Source of the DNA: an uncultured Terracidiphilus sp.
GTDB taxonomy: Bacteria > Acidobacteriota > Terriglobia > Terriglobales > Acidobacteriaceae
Length of the DNA stretch: 64,000 nt
Reading direction: 5' to 3'
Assembly: GCA_964645855.1 (NCBI GenBank)
Contig: CAZYDF010000007.1
Span: 6,722-70,721 of the forward strand
Part shown: in pieces, positions 29,344 through 39,577 of the stretch
How positions within the stretch are numbered: position 1 is the stretch's first letter
Layout of the letters: every line of letters begins with the position of its first letter
Program-made: the position numbers and the translations under genes
The notes under the pieces: generated by a model
What the model saw: only the letters and a program-made list of their open reading frames with translations
Database searches by the model: none
Told to the model about the DNA's origin: nothing

Positions 29344-30075
29344 CTAGATCCCCTCACCCATGGACACATAGCCGCGCAGCTTGTCCAACTGATCGCGATA
29401 AGCGGCGCGCTCGGCCTCTTCTTCCGCAAAGGGCTGCACGCCGGCTTCTTCGCCCAGCTTGCCTTCGAGTTCGTCCACCCGGGCGCTGAGGGCAATCAAC
29501 GCGTCGGAAAGCGGGTCCTTGATGTCGTGAGGATCGGTGACCAGAAGGCGCTGGCCGTTGCGATAGACAATGTGCGCCGGGACGCCCACTACGGTGGAGT
29601 TGGGCGGCACATCGTTCAGCACCACGGAGCCCGCACCCACGCGCGAATTCTCACCCACTGTAATGTTGCCCAGCACGTTGGCATTGTTGCCAATAAAGAC
29701 GTTGTTGCAGATGGTGGGGTGGCGCTTGCCATGCTGCTTGCCGGTGCCGCCCAGGGTGACGCCCTGGTACATGGTTACGTCGTCGCCCACAATCGCGGTC
29801 TCGCCAATCACCACGCCGGTGGCGTGATCGATGAAGAGCCGGTGCCCCAGTTGCGCGCCGGGATGGATGTCAACGCCGGTAAGAAAACGGGCAATCTGGG
29901 AGAGAAGACGCGCTGGCAGGTAGAGCTTGACGCCCCACAGCAGATGAGAGACGCGGTGAATCCACACCGCCCACAGACCGGGATAGCAGGTCAGCACTTC
30001 CAGCCACGAGCGTGCGGCCGGGTCGCGCTCAAAAATGGAGCGCACGTCGTCACGGATGCGGGAAATTGCTGACAT
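29344..30075 (-). CDS. cysE: Serine O-acetyltransferase
   Basis: RDPAA, TGVDIHPGA, FIDHATGVVIGETA, KRHPT; C-terminal GEGI resembles the CysK-binding tail. Confidence 0.93.
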   Translation of the reverse strand: MSAISRIRDDVRSIFERDPAARSWLEVLTCYPGLWAVWIHRVSHLLWGVKLYLPARLLSQIARFLTGVDIHPGAQLGHRLFIDHATGVVIGETAIVGDDVTMYQGVTLGGTGKQHGKRHPTICNNVFIGNNANVLGNITVGENSRVGAGSVVLNDVPPNSTVVGVPAHIVYRNGQRLLVTDPHDIKDPLSDALIALSARVDELEGKLGEEAGVQPFAEEEAERAAYRDQLDKLRGYVSMGEGI

Positions 30076-30174
30076 GCGAACCGTTCCGTTCTGAGTCTGC
30101 CTGCGTTGGGCCGCGACAGCCTCATCCTTCTTGTTGTTCCCTCAAGATCCGGCCCGAAAGCAGTTTCCATGCAA

Positions 30175-30326
30175 TCCCACCCTAGCCGCAAAAACAAGAC
30201 CGCGGCGAGGGTGGGGCACCCGAAACGTCACAGTGCAGGATGCCGGACCCAAAGCGCCTGCGCGCCGCCCCCTTCGAGGATCCCCTTCCACGGAGACCCC
30301 GAAGGGAGTGGCTGCATGCAATGCCC
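30175..30326. repeat. Composite repeat between cysK and cysE (family B palindrome plus GCTGCATGCAATGCC module)
   Basis: TCCCACCCT..AGGGTGGGGCACCC at 30175-30221; CCCCGAAGGG..GCTGCATGCAATGCC at 30297-30326. Confidence 0.75.
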
Positions 30327-31301
30327 CTAAACTGCGATCTGCTCCGTGGGCAGAGCCAGTGCCTGCTGACGCAGCGTGTCAAACAGGGCGCTGGTTAGAT
30401 AGCGCTCGCCAAAGCTGGGCAGGATGGCCACAATCAGCTTTCCGGCGTTCTCTGGCCGCTTGGCCAGCTCAATGGCCGCCCACACCGCGGCGCCCGAGCT
30501 GATGCCCACAAACAGGCCTTCTTCCTTGGGCAAACTGCGCGCCGTGGCAATGGCGTCGTCGTTGGAAACCTGGATGATCTCATCGATCAGCTCGGTCTTC
30601 AGGATGGAGGGCACAAAGCCAGCGCCAATGCCCTGGATCTTGTGCGGGCCGGGCTTGCCGCCGGAGAGCACCGGGCTATCCACCGGCTCCACCGCAACGG
30701 CCTTGAAGCCGGGCTTGCGCTCCTTGATATAGCTGGCAATGCCGGTCAGGGTGCCGCCGGTACCCACGCCCGAAACCAGAAAGTCGACCGCGCCATCGGT
30801 ATCTTCCCAGATCTCGGGGCCGGTGGTGGCGTAGTGAATGGCCGGGTTGGCCGGGTTGTCGAACTGTCCCAGGATGTAGCCGCCCGGCGTCTTGGCAGCC
30901 AGCTCGTTGGCCTTGGCAATGGCGCCCTTCATGCCGTTGGGGCCGGGGGTGAGCACAATCTCCGCGCCAAAGGCGAGCAGCAGCACGCGGCGTTCCAGGC
31001 TCATGGTCTCCGGCATGGTCAGGATCAGCTTGTAACCCTTCACAGCGGCCACAAAGGCCAGGGCGATGCCGGTGTTGCCGCTGGTGGGCTCAATCAGCAC
31101 GGTCTCGCCGGGGGTGATCTTGCCTTCCTTCTCGGCGACGTCGATCATGGCAAAGCCGATGCGGTCCTTGACGCTGGCCACCGGATTCTGGCTTTCCAGC
31201 TTGACGACCACCGTGCCGGGAAGGCCTTCGGTCAAACGGTTGAGCCGCACCAGCGGGGTTTTTCCAATCAGTTCCGTAATGTTTGCAGCAATGCGCGCCA
31301 T
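30327..31301 (-). CDS. cysK: Cysteine synthase A
   Basis: NPVASVKDR (PLP lysine), [39 protein letters not shown]. Confidence 0.96.
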   Translation of the reverse strand: MARIAANITELIGKTPLVRLNRLTEGLPGTVVVKLESQNPVASVKDRIGFAMIDVAEKEGKITPGETVLIEPTSGNTGIALAFVAAVKGYKLILTMPETMSLERRVLLLAFGAEIVLTPGPNGMKGAIAKANELAAKTPGGYILGQFDNPANPAIHYATTGPEIWEDTDGAVDFLVSGVGTGGTLTGIASYIKERKPGFKAVAVEPVDSPVLSGGKPGPHKIQGIGAGFVPSILKTELIDEIIQVSNDDAIATARSLPKEEGLFVGISSGAAVWAAIELAKRPENAGKLIVAILPSFGERYLTSALFDTLRQQALALPTEQIAV

Positions 31302-31435
31302 GAGGATCTCCTTTTTCCGGGACCAAGGCCCGGAGGGGCTGTGAGCCTTCAATTAAGGTATGGGCTGTGGGAAGAGGAATCGGACTGCGGGTTCTTGAAG
31401 CACAGTTCCGCGTCGGGCATTTCACCAGGACGGTG

Positions 31436-31453
31436 TTAGCGACATCGACGCAT
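31436..31453 (-). CDS. Putative leaderless leader peptide MRRCR upstream of cysK
   Basis: ATG CGT CGA TGT CGC TAA; ATG lies 6 nt after TAGGCT (-10), with TTGCAG 18 nt further upstream. Confidence 0.45.
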   Translation of the reverse strand: MRRCR

Positions 31454-31518
31454 GGATACAGCCTACCCTCAGTCCCACCCACTCTGCAAGCCCTTTACGC
31501 CCAATTTGATGGGCAGAG

Positions 31519-33138
31519 TCAGGGATTGAGGCGCAGCAGGGTGCGGTGGGCTGGCCGATCAGGCGAAATGGCATGCACCAGGGTTCGATCCTGCGGTAGT
31601 TCATGCTGGCGGGGAATCAGCAGCAAATAGGGAACATGGTCGCTGGAGAAGAGCGAGCGCGTCTGGTCGTCCACAAAGGGCGGAGCGTGATCGCCCACAA
31701 TCACAAACACCGTGGGCCGTCTCGCAACCTGGTCAGCCGCCTGGGCAACCGCGCGGTGCAGCGCCAACTGCAACTGGAACCAGGAGCAGAGCGCGGTTCC
31801 AGGCGCAAGGCCCAGCTCTGCCTTGCAGGCCGCCGGTAAAGCGCCGGGCACCGGCAGGTGCGAGTTGAGCGTCACCCAATGCACAAACAAGGGCGCCTGG
31901 TTCGACCTCTCCAGCTCGTCGCCCACCCAAGCCGCAATGGCCGTATCGCAGGTCCCGGCAAAGGCCCCCGCGCAGTCGGGCAGGCCCCTGTTCTGCAGGT
32001 CGTCGTGGAACAGCCGCTGGTCAAATCCAATGGTCCGGTACCAGCGCTCGCGATGGAACATAGCTCCGCTCAATCCATGCACCGCAATGCTGTGGTAACC
32101 CATCCGCGCCAGCCGCGCCGGCAGGCAGCCCTGCAGTTGTTGGGCCGGCTCGTCAATCAGCGCGTAGCCAAACGCCTTGCCGCACAGCTCGCGGGCCTCA
32201 CCGGCAATGGTTGTACCGTGGAAAGGCATGGTCCCGCGCACCACCCGGTAGCGGTCCGCCACCTCCGGCTGCAGGTAGGGCTCCAGCAGCGCGTCCTCCA
32301 TGGGCGATGCCGCCGGATGGCCCCAGGACTCAACCAGAACCAGAACAAAGTTGGGCGCTTGATCGGCACTCACGCGCTGCTCCATGCCCGCCAGCTTGAG
32401 AGCCAACGCCGTGGCACTGCCGATGGGCTGCGCAGGGCCGGTGTGCAAACTAGCGCGAATCCGCGCCTCGGCAATGGCCAGCCGAACCAGACGGATCTCC
32501 GGAATCCTCACCAGGCGACTCTGATCCGGGAGCAACGCAAAGTTCACGCCGTCGCTCTGCGCCCGGGTGCTGAAAGGGTTGGGCATGGCACCGGTGTTGC
32601 GCGCCACGGTGCGCAGATCGGCCGCGAGCAGCAGCACCATGGCCACCCCCAGGCTGGCGGCAATCCGAACCTTCACCCTACGCGCCAACCGGGACAGATT
32701 CATGGAGTAAACAATGGAGGCCGCCAGCAGCAGCAGAACCACCACCACCACCACCGCCAGCTGCCGCGGAGCCGAAAGCGACATGTAGTTGCCCACGTTG
32801 TCCAGGCAGTCCTTCAGCGAGAGCATGTAGGTGGCGCAGGTGGCTGAGAGCAGATCGGCGAGCACCACCAGCACAAACATCGCGGTGGCCGCCCAGGCTG
32901 GCAACAGCAGAGCCAACAGTCCCACGGTCAAATACTGCACGCAGAACCATCCCCACATCCGCAGGGCCAGCATCTGGCTCGCGCACCAGTAAGGGATGTT
33001 AGCCAGCACCGTGAAAAACACAACTGGATACACCCAGGGAGGAACCAAAAAAATCCGCTCCCAGAAAGAATAGGTGAACGCCGCTCGCGCGCGGCCGCTA
33101 ATACTTTCCAGACCCATTGTCAAAGCTTCTTTCCGCAC
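31519..33138 (-). CDS. Membrane sulfatase/LTA-synthase-like protein
   Basis: About 5 N-terminal TM helices; VLVLVESWG, GTTIAGEARELC, TLNSHLP, VIVGDHAPP. Confidence 0.75.
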   Translation of the reverse strand: MRKEALTMGLESISGRARAAFTYSFWERIFLVPPWVYPVVFFTVLANIPYWCASQMLALRMWGWFCVQYLTVGLLALLLPAWAATAMFVLVVLADLLSATCATYMLSLKDCLDNVGNYMSLSAPRQLAVVVVVVLLLLAASIVYSMNLSRLARRVKVRIAASLGVAMVLLLAADLRTVARNTGAMPNPFSTRAQSDGVNFALLPDQSRLVRIPEIRLVRLAIAEARIRASLHTGPAQPIGSATALALKLAGMEQRVSADQAPNFVLVLVESWGHPAASPMEDALLEPYLQPEVADRYRVVRGTMPFHGTTIAGEARELCGKAFGYALIDEPAQQLQGCLPARLARMGYHSIAVHGLSGAMFHRERWYRTIGFDQRLFHDDLQNRGLPDCAGAFAGTCDTAIAAWVGDELERSNQAPLFVHWVTLNSHLPVPGALPAACKAELGLAPGTALCSWFQLQLALHRAVAQAADQVARRPTVFVIVGDHAPPFVDDQTRSLFSSDHVPYLLLIPRQHELPQDRTLVHAISPDRPAHRTLLRLNP

Positions 33139-33307
33139 AGCCCAACGAGCAGGTCGCGACCCTCAATAGAAGATAGACGCAAACTTCATCGACAGAAGTA
33201 ACTGTGGGAAAAAGATGCTGCAGGGATTCTCACTTGGGAACCAAAGTGAGAGGGGCGGAGTAGAAATCGGGAAGAAAGAGACTTGCCAGCTCCAACTCCT
33301 CCCCGAT

Positions 33308-36196
33308 TCATCCCGTGTTCCGGAGCCCGGCAGAGATACCGCTGATGGTGGCCGCCAGTGCGCGGTTCACCTCCGGCGTGTCCTCCCCGGCGCGCTTGCG
33401 ACGGAGCATGTCTACTTGAATCAGATGCATCGGATCCACGTACGGGTTGCGCAGCTTGATGGAATTGGCCAGGACCCGATTGCTTTGGAGCACTTCGGTC
33501 TGCCTCAGCACCTGGCCGAGCGCCCTCACCGTGCGATGGAACTCCTGCTCGAAGATGCCGTACACCCGCTCCCGGAGCTCCGCGTCAGGCACCAGCGAGG
33601 CGTAGAGTCTGGCCGTCGACAGGTCCACCTTGCCCAGCGCCAGCTCCACGTTGCGCAGCAGGTCAATGAAGAGCGGAAACTCGTGCGCCATGGTCTCCAG
33701 CAAGGTCAGGTTTTTCTCTCTGCCTTCGGCTCCCGTAGCCAGAAATTGTTCCAGCGCGAAGCCCACGCCAAACCAGGCCGGGATCAGCAGCCGCGATTGC
33801 GTCCATCCAAAGACCCAGGGAATGGCACGCAGATCCTCAATGCGCATGGAGGCATTGCGCCGCGAGGGGCGGGAGCCGATCTTGGCGTTCTCCAGCTCGC
33901 CCACCGGCGTGGACTGCTCAAAGTAGGTGACGACCTCGGGATTGTCGAGGATGTTGGCGCGGTAGAAGTCGAAGGCCGTGGCCGAAAGCTGGTTGAGCGC
34001 CGCCTCCCACTCCGGGCGCAGAATGCCCGTGAAATGGCCCTCGGGGTCGCGCGCGTTGGGGCGGGCCAGCGCGTCGAGCGAGGCGGCAATCATCAGCTCC
34101 AGATTGCGCTCCGCCAGCACCTCGTCGGCGTACTTGAAGTTCAGCACCTCGCCCTGTTCGGTGATGCGGATCTGTCCGTCAAAGGCGTCCATGGGCTGGG
34201 CAAAGATGGCGCGATGCGTGGGTCCGCCACCGCGGCCCACCGTTCCGCCCCGGCCGTGGAAGAGACGCAGCCGAACACCACACTCGCGGGCCACGGCATG
34301 CAGATCGCGATGGGCGCGAAAGATCTCCCAGGTGGAGGTCAACATGCCGCCGTCCTTGTTGGAGTCGGAGTAGCCCAGCATCACTTCCTGCCAGTTATCC
34401 CAACTGGACATCAGCTTCTGGTAGTCCGGGCGCGTCCACAGCTCGCGGCATACGGCAGGCGCATTGCGCAGGTCTTCAACCGATTCAAAGAGCGGCACCG
34501 GCATGAGGCCGGGATTCCCGACGGCCTGCTCTGCTGACGGTCCCGAGGTTGGCCCGTTGCCTTCCACGCGTACGCCGCCCAACCGGGCCAAACGCACCAC
34601 GGCCAGCACGTCGTCCACGCAGGATGCGCCGGAGATCACGTACTGCCGGATAGCCTCTGGCGAGCAGCCGCTCTTCAGCTCGGCAATGGCGCGGAAGGTT
34701 TCGAGCACGCTCTCCGTCTCAGCAGAGAGCGGCGCCGGCAGGCTGGCAGCCGAGGTATCGGCAATGGTCTCTTTCAGAGCCACCGCGTGGACCCGCGCAT
34801 GTTGGCGCACATCCAGCGCATGCAGATGCAGGCCAAAGGTGCGCACTTGCAGGATCAGCGGATCGATCAGGGTGCGCGCAATGCGGATACCCTTGTTGGC
34901 GGCCAGGGAGGCCCGCAGCGTCTCCAGATCGTCCAGGAAGTCCAGCACCGAACAGTAGGCCGGCAGAGCCTGGGTCAGCTTGTCGTGGCTGCGCGCCAGC
35001 GTGTAAGACGTGACCGGCAGCGCCTGGCTGGACGCGTTGCCCGCGGCCTCCAGCGTGCGCTGAATGCGCGCCTTTACGCAGATCATGAAGCGGCGGTAGT
35101 ACTCGAACTCATACTGCTGGCCAAAGACCTGGGCCTCGGGCGTGTGCACCGCGGCCACGTAGTCGTTTAACCGCGCCAGCAGCTCCTCGCTTACCGGCAG
35201 CTGCTGCGCGCTGGAGGTAAGCAGGTCGATGATCTCGTCCAGCCGGGATTGGTAGTAGAGCAGCAGATGACCGCGCGCCAACTGGATCGCGCCTCGCGTC
35301 ACATCCGGGGTCACAAAGGGATTGCCGTCGCGGTCGCCGCCAATCCAGGAGCCAAAGCTGAGCACCTGAGGCAGTTCGAGCCGCTCCAGCTCCACGCCAT
35401 AGGCCGAGCGGAAGGCCGCGGCAATCTCGCGATAGAGCCCCGGCAGGGTCTCGAAGATGGCCACGTCGTAGTAGTCCAGACCCATCTTCACTTCGTCAAA
35501 GACCGTGGGCCGGCGCGAACGCACTTCATCGGTCTGCCACAGGCTGGTAATCTCCGCCCGCACCATCTCTTCCAGCCGCTCCAGCTCTTCAATGGGCAGC
35601 GGAATGCGGTCCAGACGTTCCAGGAACTCGCCAATCCGGCGGCGCTTGAACATCACCGAGCGGCGCGCCACCTCGGTGGGATGCGCGGTAAACACCGGCA
35701 CAATCCGCACCCGGCGCAGCCACATCAGCGCCTCGTCCAGGCTGATGCCCACGCGGCGCATCTCGGCCAGGGTTCCGGCCAGCGATCCGCGCTGCCGGTC
35801 GGCCTGCCCGCTCTGCCGCAGCGCGCCACGGCGGCGTTTGCGATGGTTGGTCTCCGCCAGATTGATCAGCTCGAAATAGAACGCAAAGGCGCGTGTCAAC
35901 AGCGTGGCTCGCTCCACGGGGAGCGAGTGAATCAGCTCCAGCGCCCGCGCGCCCTGCCGTGCCGCCTCTTCGCTGTCGCCCTTGGCCTCGGCATCGCGCC
36001 GCCGGATGGTGCCCTGGCGCAGCGCCTCCACATGCTGGAAAAACTCGTCGCCGACCTGCTCGCGCAACACTTCGCCCAGCAGCGTGCCCAGCGAGCGCAC
36101 GTCGCGGCGCAGCGGCGCTTCCTTCAGATCGCCAGTCTGCGCCTCCAACTCCGCCAACCTCTGCGGCCAACTCTCGGGATTCCATAAAAGAGCCAT
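33308..36196 (-). CDS. ppc: Phosphoenolpyruvate carboxylase
   Basis: VFTAHPT, GGDRDGNP, MLGYSDSNKDGG, FHGRGG, RAIPWVF, GLRNTG. Confidence 0.96.
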   Translation of the reverse strand: MALLWNPESWPQRLAELEAQTGDLKEAPLRRDVRSLGTLLGEVLREQVGDEFFQHVEALRQGTIRRRDAEAKGDSEEAARQGARALELIHSLPVERATLLTRAFAFYFELINLAETNHRKRRRGALRQSGQADRQRGSLAGTLAEMRRVGISLDEALMWLRRVRIVPVFTAHPTEVARRSVMFKRRRIGEFLERLDRIPLPIEELERLEEMVRAEITSLWQTDEVRSRRPTVFDEVKMGLDYYDVAIFETLPGLYREIAAAFRSAYGVELERLELPQVLSFGSWIGGDRDGNPFVTPDVTRGAIQLARGHLLLYYQSRLDEIIDLLTSSAQQLPVSEELLARLNDYVAAVHTPEAQVFGQQYEFEYYRRFMICVKARIQRTLEAAGNASSQALPVTSYTLARSHDKLTQALPAYCSVLDFLDDLETLRASLAANKGIRIARTLIDPLILQVRTFGLHLHALDVRQHARVHAVALKETIADTSAASLPAPLSAETESVLETFRAIAELKSGCSPEAIRQYVISGASCVDDVLAVVRLARLGGVRVEGNGPTSGPSAEQAVGNPGLMPVPLFESVEDLRNAPAVCRELWTRPDYQKLMSSWDNWQEVMLGYSDSNKDGGMLTSTWEIFRAHRDLHAVARECGVRLRLFHGRGGTVGRGGGPTHRAIFAQPMDAFDGQIRITEQGEVLNFKYADEVLAERNLELMIAASLDALARPNARDPEGHFTGILRPEWEAALNQLSATAFDFYRANILDNPEVVTYFEQSTPVGELENAKIGSRPSRRNASMRIEDLRAIPWVFGWTQSRLLIPAWFGVGFALEQFLATGAEGREKNLTLLETMAHEFPLFIDLLRNVELALGKVDLSTARLYASLVPDAELRERVYGIFEQEFHRTVRALGQVLRQTEVLQSNRVLANSIKLRNPYVDPMHLIQVDMLRRKRAGEDTPEVNRALAATISGISAGLRNTG

Positions 36197-36252
36197 CGTC
36201 CTTTGATTATGCACGATGTTTTTAGGGGTGGAGAGTCCAATTTGCGGTCCAC

Positions 36253-36339
36253 TTATCGCCACAAGCAGGAGATGGGTACGGCGTAAAGGTTGGAGCCGAA
36301 TGGAACCGCCTGATCGCTGTCGTAGAGCACCATGCCCAT
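36253..36339 (-). pseudogene. Remnant C-terminus of a DUF4143-type AAA ATPase
   Basis: GMVLYDSDQAVPFGSNLYAVPISCLW* resembles the G.VLY.G....PFG..L.AVP.S.LW end of AAA_14/DUF4143 proteins (pattern recalled, not searched). Confidence 0.5.
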
Positions 36340-36454
36340 CACGTCCAATCCGGAGGGATGCCCCGTCCAATCCGGATTCAAGCCTCGTCCGATTCGGAGG
36401 AGCACGCGCGACGACTCCCACGAAGAAGAGGCTTGCATTGCTTCAAATCCAGCT

Positions 36455-38428
36455 CTAGATCCCATCCAGCTGCAGCATCAACTCTTCCCACTCTTCGGTC
36501 AGCGAGGCGGCCTGCGTGCGCAGCTCTTCGGCCAGCTTGGTCTGCCGCTCCGTCTCCGCCGCCGACACGTACATGCCCAGTTGCTGCTCAGTGGTAAGCA
36601 GCGCCGCTTCCACCCGCGGCAACTCCTCCTCCAGAAAGGCGCAGCGCTCTTCCATCTGCTTCTGCTTGATGGGGTTCAGTTTCTTCTTTTCTTTCTTCAG
36701 GGCCTCCGCGGCATCGGGCGCATCCGCGCGCTCTGTCTTGGCCACGCTCTGCGGCGCAGCGGCTACCTGCGGCACGGAGGTTTCAGATTTTAGAGCACCC
36801 CCGCTGTTACCCACGGCGGCATTCATCGCCTCCTTGCGGCGCAGGTAGTCCTCGTAGTTGCCCTCGTAACTATTCACCGCGCCGTTCTCCACCTCCAGCA
36901 CCCGCGTCGCCAGCCGGTCGATGAAGTAGCGGTCGTGGGAGACAAAGACCACCGTGCCGCTGAAGGCATCGATCGCGTCCAGCAGCACATCCTTGGCGCG
37001 CATATCCAGATGGTTGGTGGGCTCGTCGAGCAAGAGGAAATTCGAGGGCGAGACCAGAATCCGGGCCAACGCAAAGCGGTTGCGCTCGCCGCCGGAGAGC
37101 ACGCCCAGCGGCTTGAAGACATCGTCGCCCGTAAACAGGAAGCAGCCCAGCAGCGAGCGCAGCTCCACCTCGGGAACCTTCATGGCGGCGCGGCTGATGT
37201 CGTCCAGCATGCGCGCCTCCGGGTCCAGCACCTTGTACTGGTCCTGCGCAAAGTACTCCGCCAGCACGTTGTGTCCCAGCTTGATGGAACCGGAGGTAGG
37301 CAGCTCCGCGCCGGTCAGCAGCTTGATGAGCGTGGATTTGCCCGCGCCGTTCACGCCCACCAGCGCCACCCGCTCGCCGCGCTCAATGCCAAAGCGTACA
37401 TTGTCGAGCACGCACTTCTCGCCGTAGGTCTTGGTGAGCCCTTCAGACTCCGCCACCATGCGCCCCGAGGGCGGCGGCTGCGGAAATTTGAAGTGGATGA
37501 TGGGCTCTTCCTCGGGCAGCTCAATGCGCACGATCTTTTCCAGTTCCTTGATCCGCGACTGCGCCTGCTTGGCCTTGGTGGCCTGCGCCCGAAAGCGGTT
37601 GATGAAGGCCTCCAGATGCTCGATCTGGTCGCGCTGATGGCGATAGGCCGCGATCAGCTGCTCCCTCCGCTCGTCCTTCTGCGAGAGGTACTTGCTGTAG
37701 TTGCCCTGGAAGATGGTGAGCCGCTTGTTCCAGATCTCCACGGTGCGATCCACCGTCACGTCGAGAAAGTAGCGGTCGTGCGAGATCAGCACATAGCCGA
37801 AGGGATAATCGTGCAGATAGTTCTCAAGCCAGTTGCGAGTCTCTAGATCCAGATGGTTGGTGGGCTCGTCGAGCAGCAACAGGTTGGGCTTGGCCAGGAG
37901 CAGCTTGGCCAGCGCAATGCGCATCTGCCAGCCGCCACTGAACTCTTCTGTCCGCCGCGTCCAGTCTTCCTTGCCAAAGCCCAGGCCGGTCAGCACCGCG
38001 CCCACCTGCGCATCCAGCGCGTAGCCGTCCAGCGCGTGAAAGCGCTCCTGCACCAGCGAGTAGCGTTCGGCCGTCTGCGCATACTCCGCGCCCTCGTGGT
38101 CCAGCGAGGCCATCTGCGCGGCCAGTTCCTCGGCCTCGCGCTCCATGGCGCGCAGCTCGTCAAAGACCGTCAGACACTCTTCAAAGATGGTGCGGCCGGT
38201 CAACGCCAGCCCTTCCTGCGGCAAGTAGCCAATGCTCATGCCGCGGGTCTGCTGCAACTCACCGTAGTCCAGGGACTCCAGCCCGGCCAGCACCTTCATC
38301 ACCGTGGACTTGCCCGTTCCGTTGGCGCCCACCAGCGCAGTTTTTTCCTTGGCACGGATCAGCCAGTCGGCCTCCGTAAACAACACGCGCGGTCCGAACC
38401 GCTTCCCAGCTTTAATCAGGTTGAGCAT
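36455..38428 (-). CDS. ABC-F family ATPase
   Basis: Two ABC cassettes (GANGTGKST, FSGGW, DEPTNHLD; GVNGAGKST, LSGGE), no TM segments, C-terminal coiled coil. Confidence 0.92.
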   Translation of the reverse strand: MLNLIKAGKRFGPRVLFTEADWLIRAKEKTALVGANGTGKSTVMKVLAGLESLDYGELQQTRGMSIGYLPQEGLALTGRTIFEECLTVFDELRAMEREAEELAAQMASLDHEGAEYAQTAERYSLVQERFHALDGYALDAQVGAVLTGLGFGKEDWTRRTEEFSGGWQMRIALAKLLLAKPNLLLLDEPTNHLDLETRNWLENYLHDYPFGYVLISHDRYFLDVTVDRTVEIWNKRLTIFQGNYSKYLSQKDERREQLIAAYRHQRDQIEHLEAFINRFRAQATKAKQAQSRIKELEKIVRIELPEEEPIIHFKFPQPPPSGRMVAESEGLTKTYGEKCVLDNVRFGIERGERVALVGVNGAGKSTLIKLLTGAELPTSGSIKLGHNVLAEYFAQDQYKVLDPEARMLDDISRAAMKVPEVELRSLLGCFLFTGDDVFKPLGVLSGGERNRFALARILVSPSNFLLLDEPTNHLDMRAKDVLLDAIDAFSGTVVFVSHDRYFIDRLATRVLEVENGAVNSYEGNYEDYLRRKEAMNAAVGNSGGALKSETSVPQVAAAPQSVAKTERADAPDAAEALKKEKKKLNPIKQKQMEERCAFLEEELPRVEAALLTTEQQLGMYVSAAETERQTKLAEELRTQAASLTEEWEELMLQLDGI

Positions 38429-38540
38429 CGTATTCTATTTTCGCAGAGAGGTCCCCGGATAGGCCCGGACTCTAACCACGAAGGACGCGAAGCGAGTGGC
38501 CCCACCGCAGGTGGCTGCATGCAATGCCACCGCAGGTGGC

Positions 38541-39074
38541 CTAGGGGCGAATCTCGATGGGCGTGCCCAGCGGCACCAGATCCCAGATCTCGTCAATCTC
38601 CGCATCGGTGACGGCAATGCAGCCCAGCGTCCAGTCCCATTGCGTGTGCAAGGTGCCCAGGTAGCCCTTTCCGTTGGGCAGGCCGTGGATCATGATGGCT
38701 CCGCCCGGCGAAACGCCCAGCTTGGCCGCACGCTTGCGATCCTCGGCGTTCGGGTAGGAGACATGCAAACCCTTGTGGTAGTGGCTCACGGCATTGCGTG
38801 AATCAATCGTGTAGTGGCCCTCCGGCGTGCGCGCATCGCCCTCGCGCTGCTTCGGAGCAAGCCCGCCCGTCCCCAGCGCCACCTTGTAGGTTCGGAGGAG
38901 TTTGCCCTTCTGGAAGAGCTGCAACTGGTGATCCTTCTTGAGCACCAGGATGGCGTCGGCCTGCTCCTGGGGCTTCTGCGCCTCACCGCGCAAAGCCGCC
39001 AGCAGCACGGCCGGAGCTGCTACCAGCCAAGCGAACAGCGTTCTTCGAGCTACCTGCATACGGGCATCCTCCAC
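38541..39074 (-). CDS. YkuD-family L,D-transpeptidase/peptidase
   Basis: K.REGD.RTPEG.Y, SYPN, GG.IMIHG, WTLGCIA. Confidence 0.85.
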   Translation of the reverse strand: MEDARMQVARRTLFAWLVAAPAVLLAALRGEAQKPQEQADAILVLKKDHQLQLFQKGKLLRTYKVALGTGGLAPKQREGDARTPEGHYTIDSRNAVSHYHKGLHVSYPNAEDRKRAAKLGVSPGGAIMIHGLPNGKGYLGTLHTQWDWTLGCIAVTDAEIDEIWDLVPLGTPIEIRP

Positions 39075-39319
39075 GGCTGGCGCAGTTGCCCAGAGCAGCG
39101 CCAGCGCTGAAGGAATTTTACGCGCAGCCGGTCGGTCTGTTGCGAGGGTTTTGAAACGGGTCCGGCAACTGCCGACAGACTGCGCGCTGTGTAGGGGCGC
39201 TGTGCCGATAGCACGGAACCTGCGACGTACTGGGAAGGACGCATCCCATCCTCCCGCGCCCCTCGGGGTCGCTGTGCAACCTCGCGTTTTCCGATATTGG
39301 AATTTGCGAATATTTGCGT

Positions 39320-39404
39320 CGTCCCTACGGGACTCAGCCTCTCAGATGGGCCGCATCCCCAGCGCTGAAGCGCTGGGCTAACATGCTTTGCCCCTGACGG
39401 GGCG
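39320..39404. repeat. Solo REPIN (hairpin - central stem - hairpin)
   Basis: GTCCC-TAC-GGGAC; CCCAGCGCTGAAGCGCTGGGCTA; GCCCC-TGAC-GGGGC; same layout as the RAYT arms. Confidence 0.7.
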
Positions 39405-39472
39405 TTCGCACGGCTGCTTGCAATGGACACTTCGCTCAATCCATAGGGCACTTTGGGTCCGCGCCTCAAACA

Positions 39473-39535
39473 GTGTCACTCTCTCCCACCCATCCCGCAC
39501 AAAACGCGGGATGGATGGGGCACCCAGCTGTCAGT
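39473..39535 (+). repeat. Family B REP, 61/63 identical to 42483-42545
   Basis: Direct base-by-base comparison. Confidence 0.9.
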
Positions 39536-39577
39536 AATTCGGGCCAGATCGATAACCGGGCTGCCACATGCCTTACG

